NCBI RefSeq assembly: GCF_963921235.1
Contig: NC_086108.1
Coordinates: 90,088,001-90,152,000 of the forward strand
Source of the DNA: Mobula hypostoma
Lineage: Eukaryota
DNA: 64,000 bases
Direction of reading: 5' to 3'
How positions within the stretch are numbered: the stretch's first letter is position 1; every line of letters begins with the position of its first letter. Positions 1 through 10,659 of the stretch are shown piece by piece. The notes under the pieces were generated by a model, which saw nothing but the letters and a program-made list of their open reading frames with translations, ran no database searches and was not told the DNA's origin. Both the position numbers and the translations under genes were made by a program.

Positions 1-2830
1 TTTAATGTTATAGGCTAGCTTACTTTCGTATTCCATCTTTACCTTCTTATTGACCTTTTTAATTGCCTTCTATCAGTTTTTTAAAACTTCCCAATCCTCT
101 AATTTCCCATGAATATTTGCTCTATTATATGTCCCCTCTTTGGCTTTTATGTTGACTTTGATTTCTCTTGCTAGCCACAATTCTGTCATCTTGCCTTTAG
201 AATACTTCTTCCTCTTCAGGATGTATCTATCCTGTGCCTTCCGAATTGCTTCCAGAAATTCCAGCCATTGCTGCTCTGCCGTCATCCCTGCCAGTGTTCT
301 TTTCCAGTCAATTCTGGCCAAATCCTCTCTCATGCCTCTGTAATTCTCTTTACTCCACTATAAGACTGATACATCTGACTTTAGCTTGTTCTTAAATTTC
401 AGGATGAATTCGATTATATTATGATCACTTGTCCCGAAGGGTCCTTTTATCTGAAGCTCTCTAATCAATTTTGGTTCATTGCACAACACCCAATCCAGAA
501 TAGCTGATCCCCTTGTAGGCTCATCTTCGAGATACTCCAAAAAGCCATCTTATAGGTACTCTAGAAATTCTGCCCTCTTGGAATCCAGCACCAACCTAAT
601 TTTTCCAATCTACCTGCATATTGAAATCCCCCATGACTACTGTAACATTCCCCTTTAAGCATGCATTTTCTCTCTCCCATTATAATTTGTAGACCAGATC
701 CTTACGACTGTTTGGTGGTCTGTATATACTTCCTATCAGGGTCTTTTTACCCTTGCAGTTCATTAGCTGTATCCACAACGATTCAACCGTCTGACGCTAT
801 GTCACCTCTTTCTAATGATTTGAGTTAATTTTTTAGCAACAGAACAATGCCACAACCTCTACCTTTCTGCCAGTCCTTTCGATACAATGTGTATCCTTGG
901 ACATTAAGCTCCCAGCTGTAATCTTCCTTCAGACACAATTCAATGATGCCTACACATCATACCTGCCAATCTGCAAATGTGCGGCAAGTTCAACTCCCTT
1001 ATTCTGTATATTGCGCACTTTCAAATATAACAGCTTCAGTCGTGTATTCACCTTCTTTGATTTTGTCCATCTTTTACATTGCAACTCATCCTGTTGACTA
1101 TGACTTTGCCCACTCATCAACCTCTCCTTGCTAGGAGTCTCACTACACATTGCCTCTGTTTGTAAACCAACTACCTTTTACTCAGCACTATCACTTGGGT
1201 TCCCATTCCCCTGTCAAATTAATTGAAACACACCTTAACAACTATAGCTAAACTGCCTGCAAGGACATTGGACCCCTTCCTGTTCAGATGTAACCCTTCC
1301 TTATTGTACAGGTCATACCATCTCAGAAGAGATCCCAATAATCCACAAATCTTAACCCCTGCCTCTTGCACCTCAGCCAAACATTCACTTAAGTTATCCT
1401 ATCCTTACCCTTGCTAGCCATGGCACAGGCAGTAATCAGAGATTACTACCCTGCAGGTCCTGTTTTCTCAACTTTCTACCTAGCTCCCTAAAATCTCTCT
1501 TCAGGAGCTCCTCACCATGTCGACCTACATCATGTGTGCCAATATGTATCTAGATATCTGGCTGCTCACCCTTGCCCTTGAGAATGCAATGGACCCAATC
1601 TGAGAAATCCCTGATCCTGGCAGCAAGGAGGCAACATACCATCCAGGCGGGAGGAGAAGGTGGCGGCGCGACGCAGCCCGCAGCGGCCACGCCGGTGGTG
1701 ATGTCTGTTATTTGTCAAGTAGGATGCTGTGCACAATCCTGATTTGATGGAGATGGACTTGAGAGCACAGAGGAACATCTGGTGAAACTTCTGAAATGCC
1801 TGCTTTGCTGCTGCTGCTACTGTGTGGTCCAGAATCTCTGGAGGAGAAGGCCCTGAGTCCTTGGCTTTGCTTGTTGCTCGGCGGCCGGGGCGGGGTTGAA
1901 GCGCTCGGCAGAGGATGGTGCTCGGAGAGGCTGTGTCAGAGGGGCAGGTCGGAGGCTCGAAGTTTTCAGATGGACTTAGAGTCCACTGCGGTCGGGTGCT
2001 TCCAATGGTGCTGCATCGGCAAGTTGGCGGCACTTGGAGGTTCACGGCAGGGAGAGTTTCTCCCTTTTACCGTCTGCGTTAGATGATGAGTCTATCGGGA
2101 CTTTGAGACTTTTTTTTTACCGTGCCCGTGGTCTGCTCTTTATCAAATTATGGTATTGCTTTGCACTGTTGTAACTATATGTTATAATTATGTGGTTTTG
2201 TCAGTTTTAGTCTGGGTTTGTCCTGTGTTTTCTTGTGATATCATTCTGGAGGAAAGTTGTATCATTTTTTAATGCATGCATTTCTAAATGATAATAAATG
2301 AGGACTGAGTGTCCTCATAATCTAATCTAATCTAATCTAATCTAATCTAATGTGTCTACTTTGTCCACAGAACCTCACCTCTGTTCCTCAGATTATGGAA
2401 TCTCCTATCAACACTCCAGTCTTCTTCACCTCTCTGCTCTTCTGAGCCACAGCACAAGACTCAGTGCCAGAGACCCACTCACTGTGCCTCCCCTCAGTAG
2501 GTTATCCCCTCAATAGCATCTAAAGTTGTTTAATTATTATTGAGAGGAATGGCCACAGGTGTACTCAGCACTGACTGTGCATTTCCTCTCCTCCCCCTGA
2601 CAGTCTCCTGCAACCCAGGGGTGACTACCTCCCTGTAGCTCTTGTCCATCACTTTCTCATTCTCCCATATGAATTGAAGGTCATCGAGCTACAGTTCCAG
2701 TTCCTTAATACGTTCTCTCAGGAGCTGCAGCTCGGTGCACCTAGTGCAGATATGTTTCTGGAGGTCTCCCAGACTTCCCACATCCCGCACAGAGTACAGA
2801 AGACTGCCCCTGGAGCCATTCTCACTGAAC
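1..2830 (-). mobile_element. Degenerate CR1-clade LINE, 5' half (ORF1 remnant and ORF2 AP-endonuclease N-terminus), truncated by the window edge and interrupted at about 1647-2350
   Basis: Minus-strand fragments LKLLYLKVRNIQNK..GRYDV, EPTRGSAILDWVLCNEPKLI..GTSDHNII and IDWKRTLAGMTAEQQWLEFLEAI are CR1 endonuclease motifs. The region is collinear in reverse with the plus-strand copy at 31255-34830. Many stops and frameshifts. Confidence 0.85.
1647..2350 (+). mobile_element. Non-coding, probably non-autonomous LINE-mobilised element with (AATCT)n tail, inserted into CR1 ORF1
   Basis: GC/CpG-rich start (AAGGTGGCGGCGCGACG), AATAAA, a short GAGGAC/GTCCTC hairpin, then (AATCT)n to about 2350. CR1 ORF1 sequence resumes on both sides. 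No RT motif. Confidence 0.65.
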
Positions 2831-3021
2831 TACTGAACACTAAAAAATGCTGAATGAACAAACGAGAACAGAAAGAGAGTAACTTATGAGATACTTTACC
2901 TCACCCAAGCCTGATTTTGCCTGCCTGATGAGCCAAAGCCACGCTAAAGAATGACACACACAAAAGAATGGTCACTCCACTTCCACCTGCGTTACTTGTA
3001 TTCTCCCTTTCTAATGGATAC

Positions 3022-3412
3022 ATCTTGCTGATTGGTTACTCTTCAACACATAGAAACTGCAACAAAATTCTGCCTTTAAAATCTCTATCACTGTCCTGAT
3101 TAAAAGAGAGGGTGTTTTTTTTTTCACAAAGCTCTGGCTTTGATTGTCCACCTCAAAGAAAACTGCCACAAAGCTCTGCTTTTTAAATCTTGAACGGGGA
3201 CCTGACTGAAAAGTAGCTCTCTTGCTGATTGGTCGCTCCTCAACTCAGAGAAACAGCCACGAAACTCTGCCTTTAAAATCTTGATCGCCATCCTGATTAA
3301 AAGGTCGCTCTTATTACACAGCCCTGACTTTGATTGTCCTACTCAGAGAAAACTGCCATGAAGCTCTGCTTTTTAAATCTTGAATGCAGACGGGACTGAA
3401 CGGTAGCTCTTT
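3022..3412. repeat. Tandem duplication of a ~195-bp unit with internal sub-repeats, probably the 5' UTR of the adjacent CR1
   Basis: TCTTGCTGATTGGT...AAACTGCCA..AAGCTCTGCTTTTTAAATCTTGAA...GTAGCTCT occurs twice in register (about 3022-3218 and 3219-3412). Confidence 0.75.
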
Positions 3413-3482
3413 TTACGCACTGCCTGTATACAATAGAATAAATGAGGTTCGTCCATAGACATCGATGAAGACCTCAACACCA

Positions 3483-3624
3483 TTAGTACTTTTTACGAGG
3501 TTGAGTTGCTAGTTCGATGCTCAACCCAGCACAGATGGACAGCAGGCACGGGAGCCGGCCGGATTCGAACTCTGGACCTCTCACCCCAAAGTCCAGCGCT
3601 GATGCCACTACGCCAGCATCTGGC
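3483..3624 (-). mobile_element. tRNA-derived SINE (short or truncated) nested in the RTE-derived element
   Basis: Minus strand has a Pol III A box TGGCGTAGTGG and B box GAGTTCGAATCC in a tRNA-like head, followed by a non-tRNA body ending in an A-run. Confidence 0.8.
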
Positions 3625-3972
3625 TTGGTGGTGTTGAGACTAGTGCCTGATTTGGATTTAAGTGAGGGAGAGTTGCGCAGCGTCAGCCTCACTCTCTCTT
3701 CCCAATTCCCATCTGGAACCAGTGGCAAGACAAGAGTTGAGACGGCTGGAGATGGGACTAGGCGCAGTGGATGAGCAGGAAATCTTCTGTGTCTTGTCCT
3801 GCTCTACACGTTCCACGACACTTGCAGAGACCACCTTCTTGACCGTTGGACCTTCCATTGGTCTCGTCTGCTCAATCCTCCGGAGACGGTCTTCACATGC
3901 TGGGATAGACAGCGCCCTATCTCACCAAGGCTTTGCATGCATAGTTTGACTTATATTGCACATTGGTTACCA

Positions 3973-4163
3973 TCACCTGATTTAGCCGGCTTGTCGAAGC
4001 CGTTGCCCGAGGTGTGGCTGATGTCGCATGCAAACAGCTACAGGGAGCCACAGGTGAGAGCTGAGTGCCAAGTGGGGACCAAAGGTGGACAAACTGCCTT
4101 GAAAAGGACGCGACATGTTCCCCCACCAGAGGTGCTACCCCTCCCTGACACCCCATACACCCC
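3973..4163 (-). ncRNA. HDV-like (double-pseudoknot) self-cleaving ribozyme, predicted
   Basis: Minus strand: P1 GGGGUGU (4163-4157) with ACACCUC (4015-4009); P2 UCACCUG (4057-4051) with CAGGUGA (3979-3973); P3 GGC (4049-4047) with GCC (4018-4016); L3 starting UCC; GGG after P1' for P1.1; P4 CGGCUU-cgac-AAGCCG (4002-3987); J4/2 GCUAAAU with the catalytic-position C at 3985. Confidence 0.8.
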
Positions 4164-4174
4164 AGAATAAATGA

Positions 4175-4760
4175 AAAACTACATACAAATACTGACAAGC
4201 AACCAATGTGCAAAATAAGTCAAACTATGCATGCAAACAAGCAAGCAATAAATAAATAAATAAATGATTGATTGATTGATTGATTGATAGATAAAGAGAT
4301 AGATAAATAAGTGCTGACAATATGAGTTGTATAGTCCTTGAAACTGAATCCATAGGTTGTATTCAATGATCAGTTTAGTGTTGTGGTGAGTGAAGTTATC
4401 CACCCTGGTCAGGAATCTGATAGTTGAAGGGTAATAACTGTCCCTACACTTGGAGCTGTGGGACCTAAGGCTTCTCTACCTCCTTCCCAATATTATTAGC
4501 TGGAAGCGAGCATGGCCTAGTTGGTGGGGGCCCTTGAGATTTGATGCTGCTTTCTCATGGCAACACTCTGTGGATGTGCTCAGTGGAGGAGAGGGCTTTC
4601 CCTATGATGGACTGAGCTGTGTTCACCATTTTATGTCGGCATTTCAGTTCTTGGGCATTGGTGTTTCCATACTAGGCCATGATGGAACCAGTCAAGACAT
4701 TCTCCACTGTGCGTCTATAGAATTTTGTGTAAGTTATAGCTGACATGCTGAATCCATACA
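4175..4760 (-). mobile_element. Old Rex1/Babar-like LINE 3' fragment containing a compound tetranucleotide microsatellite (about 4237-4310)
   Basis: Similar to the 3' ends at 12485-13325 and 20976-21595 (GGAATCTGAT..GAAGG..CTGT..C, GGCTTCT.TACCTCCT.CC). Runs of AAGC/AAAT/GATT/GATA. Confidence 0.65.
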
Positions 4761-6374
4761 TACATCTCGTAGTGAGAGGGTTAATGAATGGTCATCAGCC
4801 AGGCAGTCTTGCCAAAGTTGCTGAATCTACTGAGTACTTCCAGCATCTTCAGCTTTTATTTGCAAGTTCCCTGTTGTACATTGCCATCAACGAATTTAAA
4901 CCACTATCTCCATTTTGTTTTGTCTCCTACTGTATGCAGCATCCACACTTCATTATTCAGATTGCAAGCAAACTGACTTAATTTTGGAATGAAATAAAAT
5001 GTGCGAATCTGTCCCTTCAAATTACTTGTGACCAGTACAAATTCACATGGAGAGAAGCCTACTCCTTCAGCTAATACGGCGCATATCGCTGTTGACTTAA
5101 TGGTCTACCATTCAGAAGAAGGAAGATTTATTTCACCTTCCTATCATTATGTCCGTCAGCCTCTCTCCATGAATGTGAATGCACCAGCTCAACAGTCTGA
5201 AACACATATTTTAAAGGAATTAATTCAGAACTTCACATCCAAGGCTGCAGATCATTTATTTTATAATGAGGCATTTAAATTCATTCTGAAATGTGATTGC
5301 TGAATTGCTGTCAGAATCTGCATCGATTGAGGTTTATAGGAAAATGCAGAACCACCTTTCAAATAATATTTTTACAGTATAATGCTAACATTTTAGTAAC
5401 AGCTACTTTTATCGGTGGCTATTAAAATAGGACACATTTAAGTCTGGATCAGATCTGTAAAACAGAAATTCCGAGGAAATGGTACATGTGACTTTTAGGA
5501 GATAAACCATAGTTTCTTTACTGAAGAAGAACTGCTAGTCATTTGTTCTGAATTGGCTGGATATTCATTTGCTTAATCAACACTGTTTGAGTTAATTTAT
5601 TTTCTCTCCTTCCCCAGTGTATGGATCTGCCATATTGTTCCAATAAATACAAGGATCTATTATTGGTGATGGTATGAAAATTTTCCTTTACTTTAAGCTA
5701 ATTAATACCATGCCTACTGTGTAGGAAAAAAAGCAGGACCTTCGATGTATGTTAATTGCATTGTCAAAACCTTAAAATGCAAAGAAGTAAAGTCTCGTAT
5801 TTTACTGATGTTCATTTATCCATTCCTGTGGGGGATGATCAGTCCCAACAGTGCTAGCCATAAATAAGTACTACATCGGCACTTTCTGCCTACTCTGCAC
5901 CACTCAGAGCTACTTCACAATAAAATATAGCAAATAATTTGGACTGTGTAATAATGTAAAGCAGGTGGTTTCAGATCTCTTATTGCTGTACAACTCATGA
6001 ATGTTATAACTGTGTTGATTTCAAAGGCAATAAGGTAAATTGGGAGAGATGAAAAATTAGCTTCCGATTTTCTATCCCCTTTCACAATACTGAACCAAGC
6101 CACTATCACACCCTTAGAATTTCAGCTTGATCTGATACAATCTGATGGCTAAACTGAAGGACGGCTGCATCTCTGCTGGCATCACAGAGGCTCTGTGGCG
6201 ACAATATTATGCCCTTATGTTGTCTCACCTGCAATGTAATCGCCAGCCCGTACAATGTCAGTTCAGCAGCCAAAACTCATTTCAATCTAATATTGCTGTA
6301 GGCTAAAGAGTTGAGCAACCATTTACGGCTGGTGGATCAAAAGACTGAAGGAAGTGTAGAGTGATCAAAAACTC

Positions 6375-7050
6375 TTCTGTGTGTCATAGAGTTGTGCAGC
6401 AGAGTAAAAGGCCCTTCAACCCATATGTTTCCATGCTGACCAAGATGCATATTCAAGCTAATCCCATTTCCCGGCACTTGGCTGATACATCTGCTATAAC
6501 TATCCACACACTTCTGAAATGTTTCTAATGTACCTGCCTTAACTACTTCCTTGGCAGCAGCTTCCACATGTCTACCACCTGCTGTTGAAAAATGCTGCCC
6601 CTTGGGTTCTAGTTAAACCATTCTTCTCGAATTTTAAAACTATATTCTCTTGTTTTTGCTTCCCCAAACTTGGAAAAAAGGCTCCTCATCCGATTGATTT
6701 TGAATATCTCTTAGTGTCCTACACGCTGTGGTGTAACGGCCCAACCTGCCTAACCTTTCCCTATAACTCAGTCCCTTGAGTCCTGGCAACATCCTTGTAT
6801 TTTTTTTCCCCCTCACATTCCAGTTTAATCATAACTCTCCTCCAGCAGGGTGACCAAACCTAAACCAAGTACTCCAAGTGTGGCCTCACCAACATTTAAT
6901 ACAATTACAACATAACCCCCCAATTCTATATTCAATGACTGAAGAAAGTTAGCACACCAGAAGCCTTCTTCAATTCCCTGTCGAGCCACGAGTCCATTTT
7001 AAGGGAAACAATGCACTGTAGTCCAAGGTTCTTCTACTCTACAATACCCA
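6375..7050 (-). mobile_element. Old CR1 LINE 3' fragment
   Basis: GTACTCCAAGTGTGGCCTCACCAA encodes the LVRPHLEY motif on the minus strand; the ORF fragment EVVKAGTLETFQKCVD matches the CR1 ORF2 C-terminus. Confidence 0.75.
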
Positions 7051-7464
7051 GGTGCTTCTGCTGAATGCAAAGGTTTTACTTTAATATGTCATTCATGAAT
7101 GTACACTTCACACTTATTCACACTTATTTCCACTTACTTGCATTTTCCTGAATTACATTCGTCAGCTCACCCACCTAGCCAGAAAACCCAACCATTATTT
7201 CAAGAAAGAAGGGAAATTATCTGTTCTTGGGGAATAAGGAAGATAAGCATCTACAGGTATTCTCGATCTTTCATTCTATTACTATTTTGTTTCTTTCTGT
7301 CATATTATTCTTATATTTTTAGGAGATCTAAACACGACATTTTCTATATAGAAGACAGTGGTTATCAGGAACAAATCTGCCAGAGGAGGTGCTGGAGACA
7401 GACATGATTCTAATGTTTATCTAATTCTAGGAGAAGTACTTGTTTAAGTATGCCTCATGATTAG

Positions 7465-8353
7465 TGTAACCGGGTGACCATTGGATCTTATTCAGTTTCG
7501 TTGAAAGTGTACTTAGGCATCCATCTGGGTAATGCTAGAATAGTTGTCTGTGCCTTTAAGGGAGATGGTGATGTCATTACGCATGCGTGGGATAGTGGGG
7601 AGACCATTCTGCTTTCTGCTGAAGACGTGGTAAGGCATTGGAATTGGGTTCCTCCCGAGACTGGGCATGGTGAGGAAAGGTGAGCATTAAATTGACAATA
7701 TCCATGTGAATTTGTTTATGCTTGTTGACGGATCGTGAATATCGGTAATTTGGCATGTTTTACATGTGAATGCTTTAGATTTCCACGAGTGAAGAAATCA
7801 ACGCTGGGTAGCGTGGCTTGGGCAAAGTTCCTCACCATCCAAGTAGGTCAGTCTTCCTGTAATTCAACTACCAGGCAATACCTTGCAAAAGTTGTGCCAA
7901 AGTGTACCTTTTGTCTAACTTTCTTGTATCCGGACTGATTGTGCATGTAACCGTGTAACGTGAATGTTTAGTCTCTGTTCGGAAGTTCAGCACGTGTGTA
8001 CGTCTTACATGAGATGTATTTGCTTACATTTTTCACTGTTATGTATGAAATGCAGGGTGGGTGGGATTCTAATGTTGTTTGTATTGTGTCCCTTCAGGAT
8101 TGCCACCACCCTATTTGTACCATATTAGTACTGTATTAGTTCTGGTATTTTTATACTACATACGTAATTCTGTTCATTCACAAGGGTGTGGATCGAAAGT
8201 TAAACTGAGATTGTAACGGCAAGAACTGGTTGTAAATTCGTTCGTTTTGTTTCACGACCCTCTTCTGGCACTTAAATATCGAAATCCGATAGAGGAATTA
8301 AAACCTGAAAAAAGTCTTTGTTGTCCTGAGTGTGTACTTTTCCCCAGGCTACA
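7465..8353. mobile_element. Solo LTR, probably Gypsy-type
   Basis: Starts TGTAACCGGG, ends CCAGGCTACA (TG...CA, imperfect inverted termini), with 4-bp TSD TTAG at 7461-7464 and 8354-8357. 889 bp, non-coding. Confidence 0.75.
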
Positions 8354-8639
8354 TTAGCATGAACGATTTAGGCTAGAAAGGCCCACTAGTCTACAATGTG
8401 TTTTACCATTCTATGTTCCTATGATTACAGTATCAGTCTTTTTTTCAATTACCTATTTAACGAAAGATTCAGGCTGAAACCCTATCTTCTTTTTATCCTC
8501 GATGAAGTAAAGTGTCGTGGCCCAAAATACCGACTGTTTCTTTCCTTCCATAGTTGCTGTCTGAATTGCTGAGTTTCTCCAGCACTTAGCGCATATTGCT
8601 TCTTTTTACCCCAAATGACTGTTATTTGATTTTAATATT

Positions 8640-9640
8640 TTCTACTTTTGGCTTTGCTTTGACAGCTTAAGCAATAAAATGATGTTCATTAGAAGAAAGG
8701 TTAAATAAACTGTAATTTAAAAGTGTCACCTGAGTCTGCATCCCTTATAGATTTTCATATTGAATTCCACAGTTTAGGAAGGTAGTTTATGAAAGCTGAT
8801 CTGCCAACTATCTTCTGAGGGAGAATGTTTAAATTTAAGACACAGGTGGAAGAAGAACCGATAGCTTGAGCAGGATTATAAAACAAAAGTGATTCTGTGA
8901 TATACTCTGGTCCCGGAACATTGAAAGTTTTATAAGAAAGTAAGAGAACTTTAAAATCAATTGTAAAATATACAGGAAGCCAATACGGAGTAGCTAGGGT
9001 GGGACAGATATACTTCCTCAACCTGGTTTTAGTGAAAAGTCTAGCAGTGGTGTGCTGAATAATTTGAAGTTTGTCAACAGATTGCTTTGGAAGGCCAGTA
9101 AAAAGTGCATTGCAAGTAACCTAGTATATGAAATATAAAGGCGTTAACTGATTTTTCAGCATCATTGCCTTTGCAATATTTCTTAAGTGCAAAAGTGTTC
9201 ACTTTCTTCATGTGAGCATTAATAGTCAAATCTGAATCAAGGGTAACACCCAGCTTTATTACTTCTGATCTTGCAAGGGGAGCCAAGTTCCCAAGTTTAT
9301 CAAGAAGTTTATCTCTAATGGTTTTGGGGCCAACCGGAGGTATTTCAGTTTTATCTTCATTTAGTTTTAGGAAATTGTTGCTCATCCATTTGTTTATTGC
9401 AGCCATATCAGAAGTCAGAGAACTACTGACACAATGAAGGAAGCCCTGAACACGGCCAGAGATGGAAGGCTGGCCTAAGCGGCAGCAGCACAATGGGCAG
9501 TAGAGAGAGACTAGAAGCCAGAGAAGATAGGGCATTATCATCATCAGGCTCAGGTGCCATTAGCATAACTGTGGAAATCAGTTTTCTGCTCTTTAATGAT
9601 GTGTCCTAAAAGGAGCGAGCGTAAGGAGACCAAGACAGAT
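8640..9640 (-). mobile_element. L2-clade LINE ORF2 3' fragment, degenerate
   Basis: Fragments FHSYANGT (YADD-equivalent), INKWMSNNFLKLNEDKTEI, KLGVTLDSDLT and YWLPVYFTIDFKVLLLSYK..GPEYI..PKLWNSI are typical of L2 RT and its C-terminus. Confidence 0.8.
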
Positions 9641-10369
9641 TCCCTGATTTGAAATATTAAAATGGAGATATTATTATAATTGAACCAATCTAAGGTATAG
9701 TGGATAAGTAGAACAACTATAAAACTTCCATTGATCATATTGATTTTTGACCCATATTTCCAAAAATAGCCAGAAGCCAGCCACAATTCGATTTCTGCAC
9801 AACACACTGCAATGCGTCAATATGGAAAGCAATGGAGGTCAATTACTGATCCTGACCTCCAGCCCCACTTCATCTAGAATTGTTTAATAATGTGCTGAGC
9901 TGAGGAAATGGATGCATTTCATATCTGGCTCCTTATCCTTCCATTATCTGCTGTAGCCAGGCCTGTTACACATGGGAGGGATTGCTTGCCTTCACTAAAC
10001 TAGTGAGTGAAAGTTAATTCATATTGATGTTTAAATGTACTTTCATGGATGTTTGTGGGTCTAAATTTCAAAATGTTTTATTTTTCAATAATTACTAAAA
10101 CAGATTTTAGTGATTTTGTTAGTCATCATTAAAGATGCTTAGAAGCAAGGAATAGGCCCCTGACTGTATGACTTATCAGAAGGCCCTCAAGGTGATCCAT
10201 GGGAAAGGGCTTTGTTGCCGTCTGTGGCCTGGCTGCTGCTTGTGAACTATTTATCTCACAGAGAGCCCACAGCAGCAGGACTGCCGGAATGCTGGGAGCT
10301 GCATTGCAGAAAGAAGTCACTTAAGCAACCTTCAAGGCACAATCCAGCCCCTTGTAGGTATTTTAAATA

Positions 10370-10612
10370 TTTATTTAGAGCTACAGTACGGTAACAATCC
10401 CTTCTGGCTCACTGTGACCGCACCGCCCAGTTACACCAACGTGACCAATTGACATGCTAACCCATATTTCTTTGGAAGTAGGGAGGGCACTGAAGTACTC
10501 AGAGGAAACCCACCCAGTAGTGGAGAGGACGTAGAAACTCCTTAATGACAGCAGCATGAATTGAACCCGGATCGCTGGTGCTGCCATTACACTAACTGCT
10601 TGCTACCGTGCC
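10370..10612 (-). mobile_element. V-SINE-like tRNA-derived SINE
   Basis: Minus strand GGCACGGTAGC head, GGGTTCAATTC B box and a V-domain-like GGGTGGGTTTCCTCTGAGTACTTC..CCCTACTTCCAAAGA. Confidence 0.7.
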
Positions 10613-10659
10613 AAGGTGCATTGCCTCTCTTCCTAACATCCAGGGCCCCAGACAGATAT

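Larger units (their letters stand above)
3446..4163 (-). mobile_element. Non-autonomous RTE-clade retroelement (ribozyme-bearing 5' end fused to an RTE-type 3' tail, no ORF)
   Basis: Perfect 11-bp TSD AGAATAAATGA at 3435-3445 and 4164-4174. The minus-strand 3' portion GAGAGAGTGAGGCTGACGCTGCGCAACTCTCCCTCACTTAAATCCAA...GGACGAAC resembles RTE 3' UTRs (recognised from memory). Terminal stem CTCAACACCA/TGGTGTTGAG. Confidence 0.8.

Noticed and set aside
3022..3412. CRISPR-like repeat-spacer array
   Set aside because: These are degenerate tandem units without unique spacers, in a vertebrate repeat context, with no cas genes.
3552..3624. A functional tRNA gene
   Set aside because: It has A and B boxes but an imperfect acceptor stem, continues into a SINE body and is nested in another repeat, so it is a SINE head.
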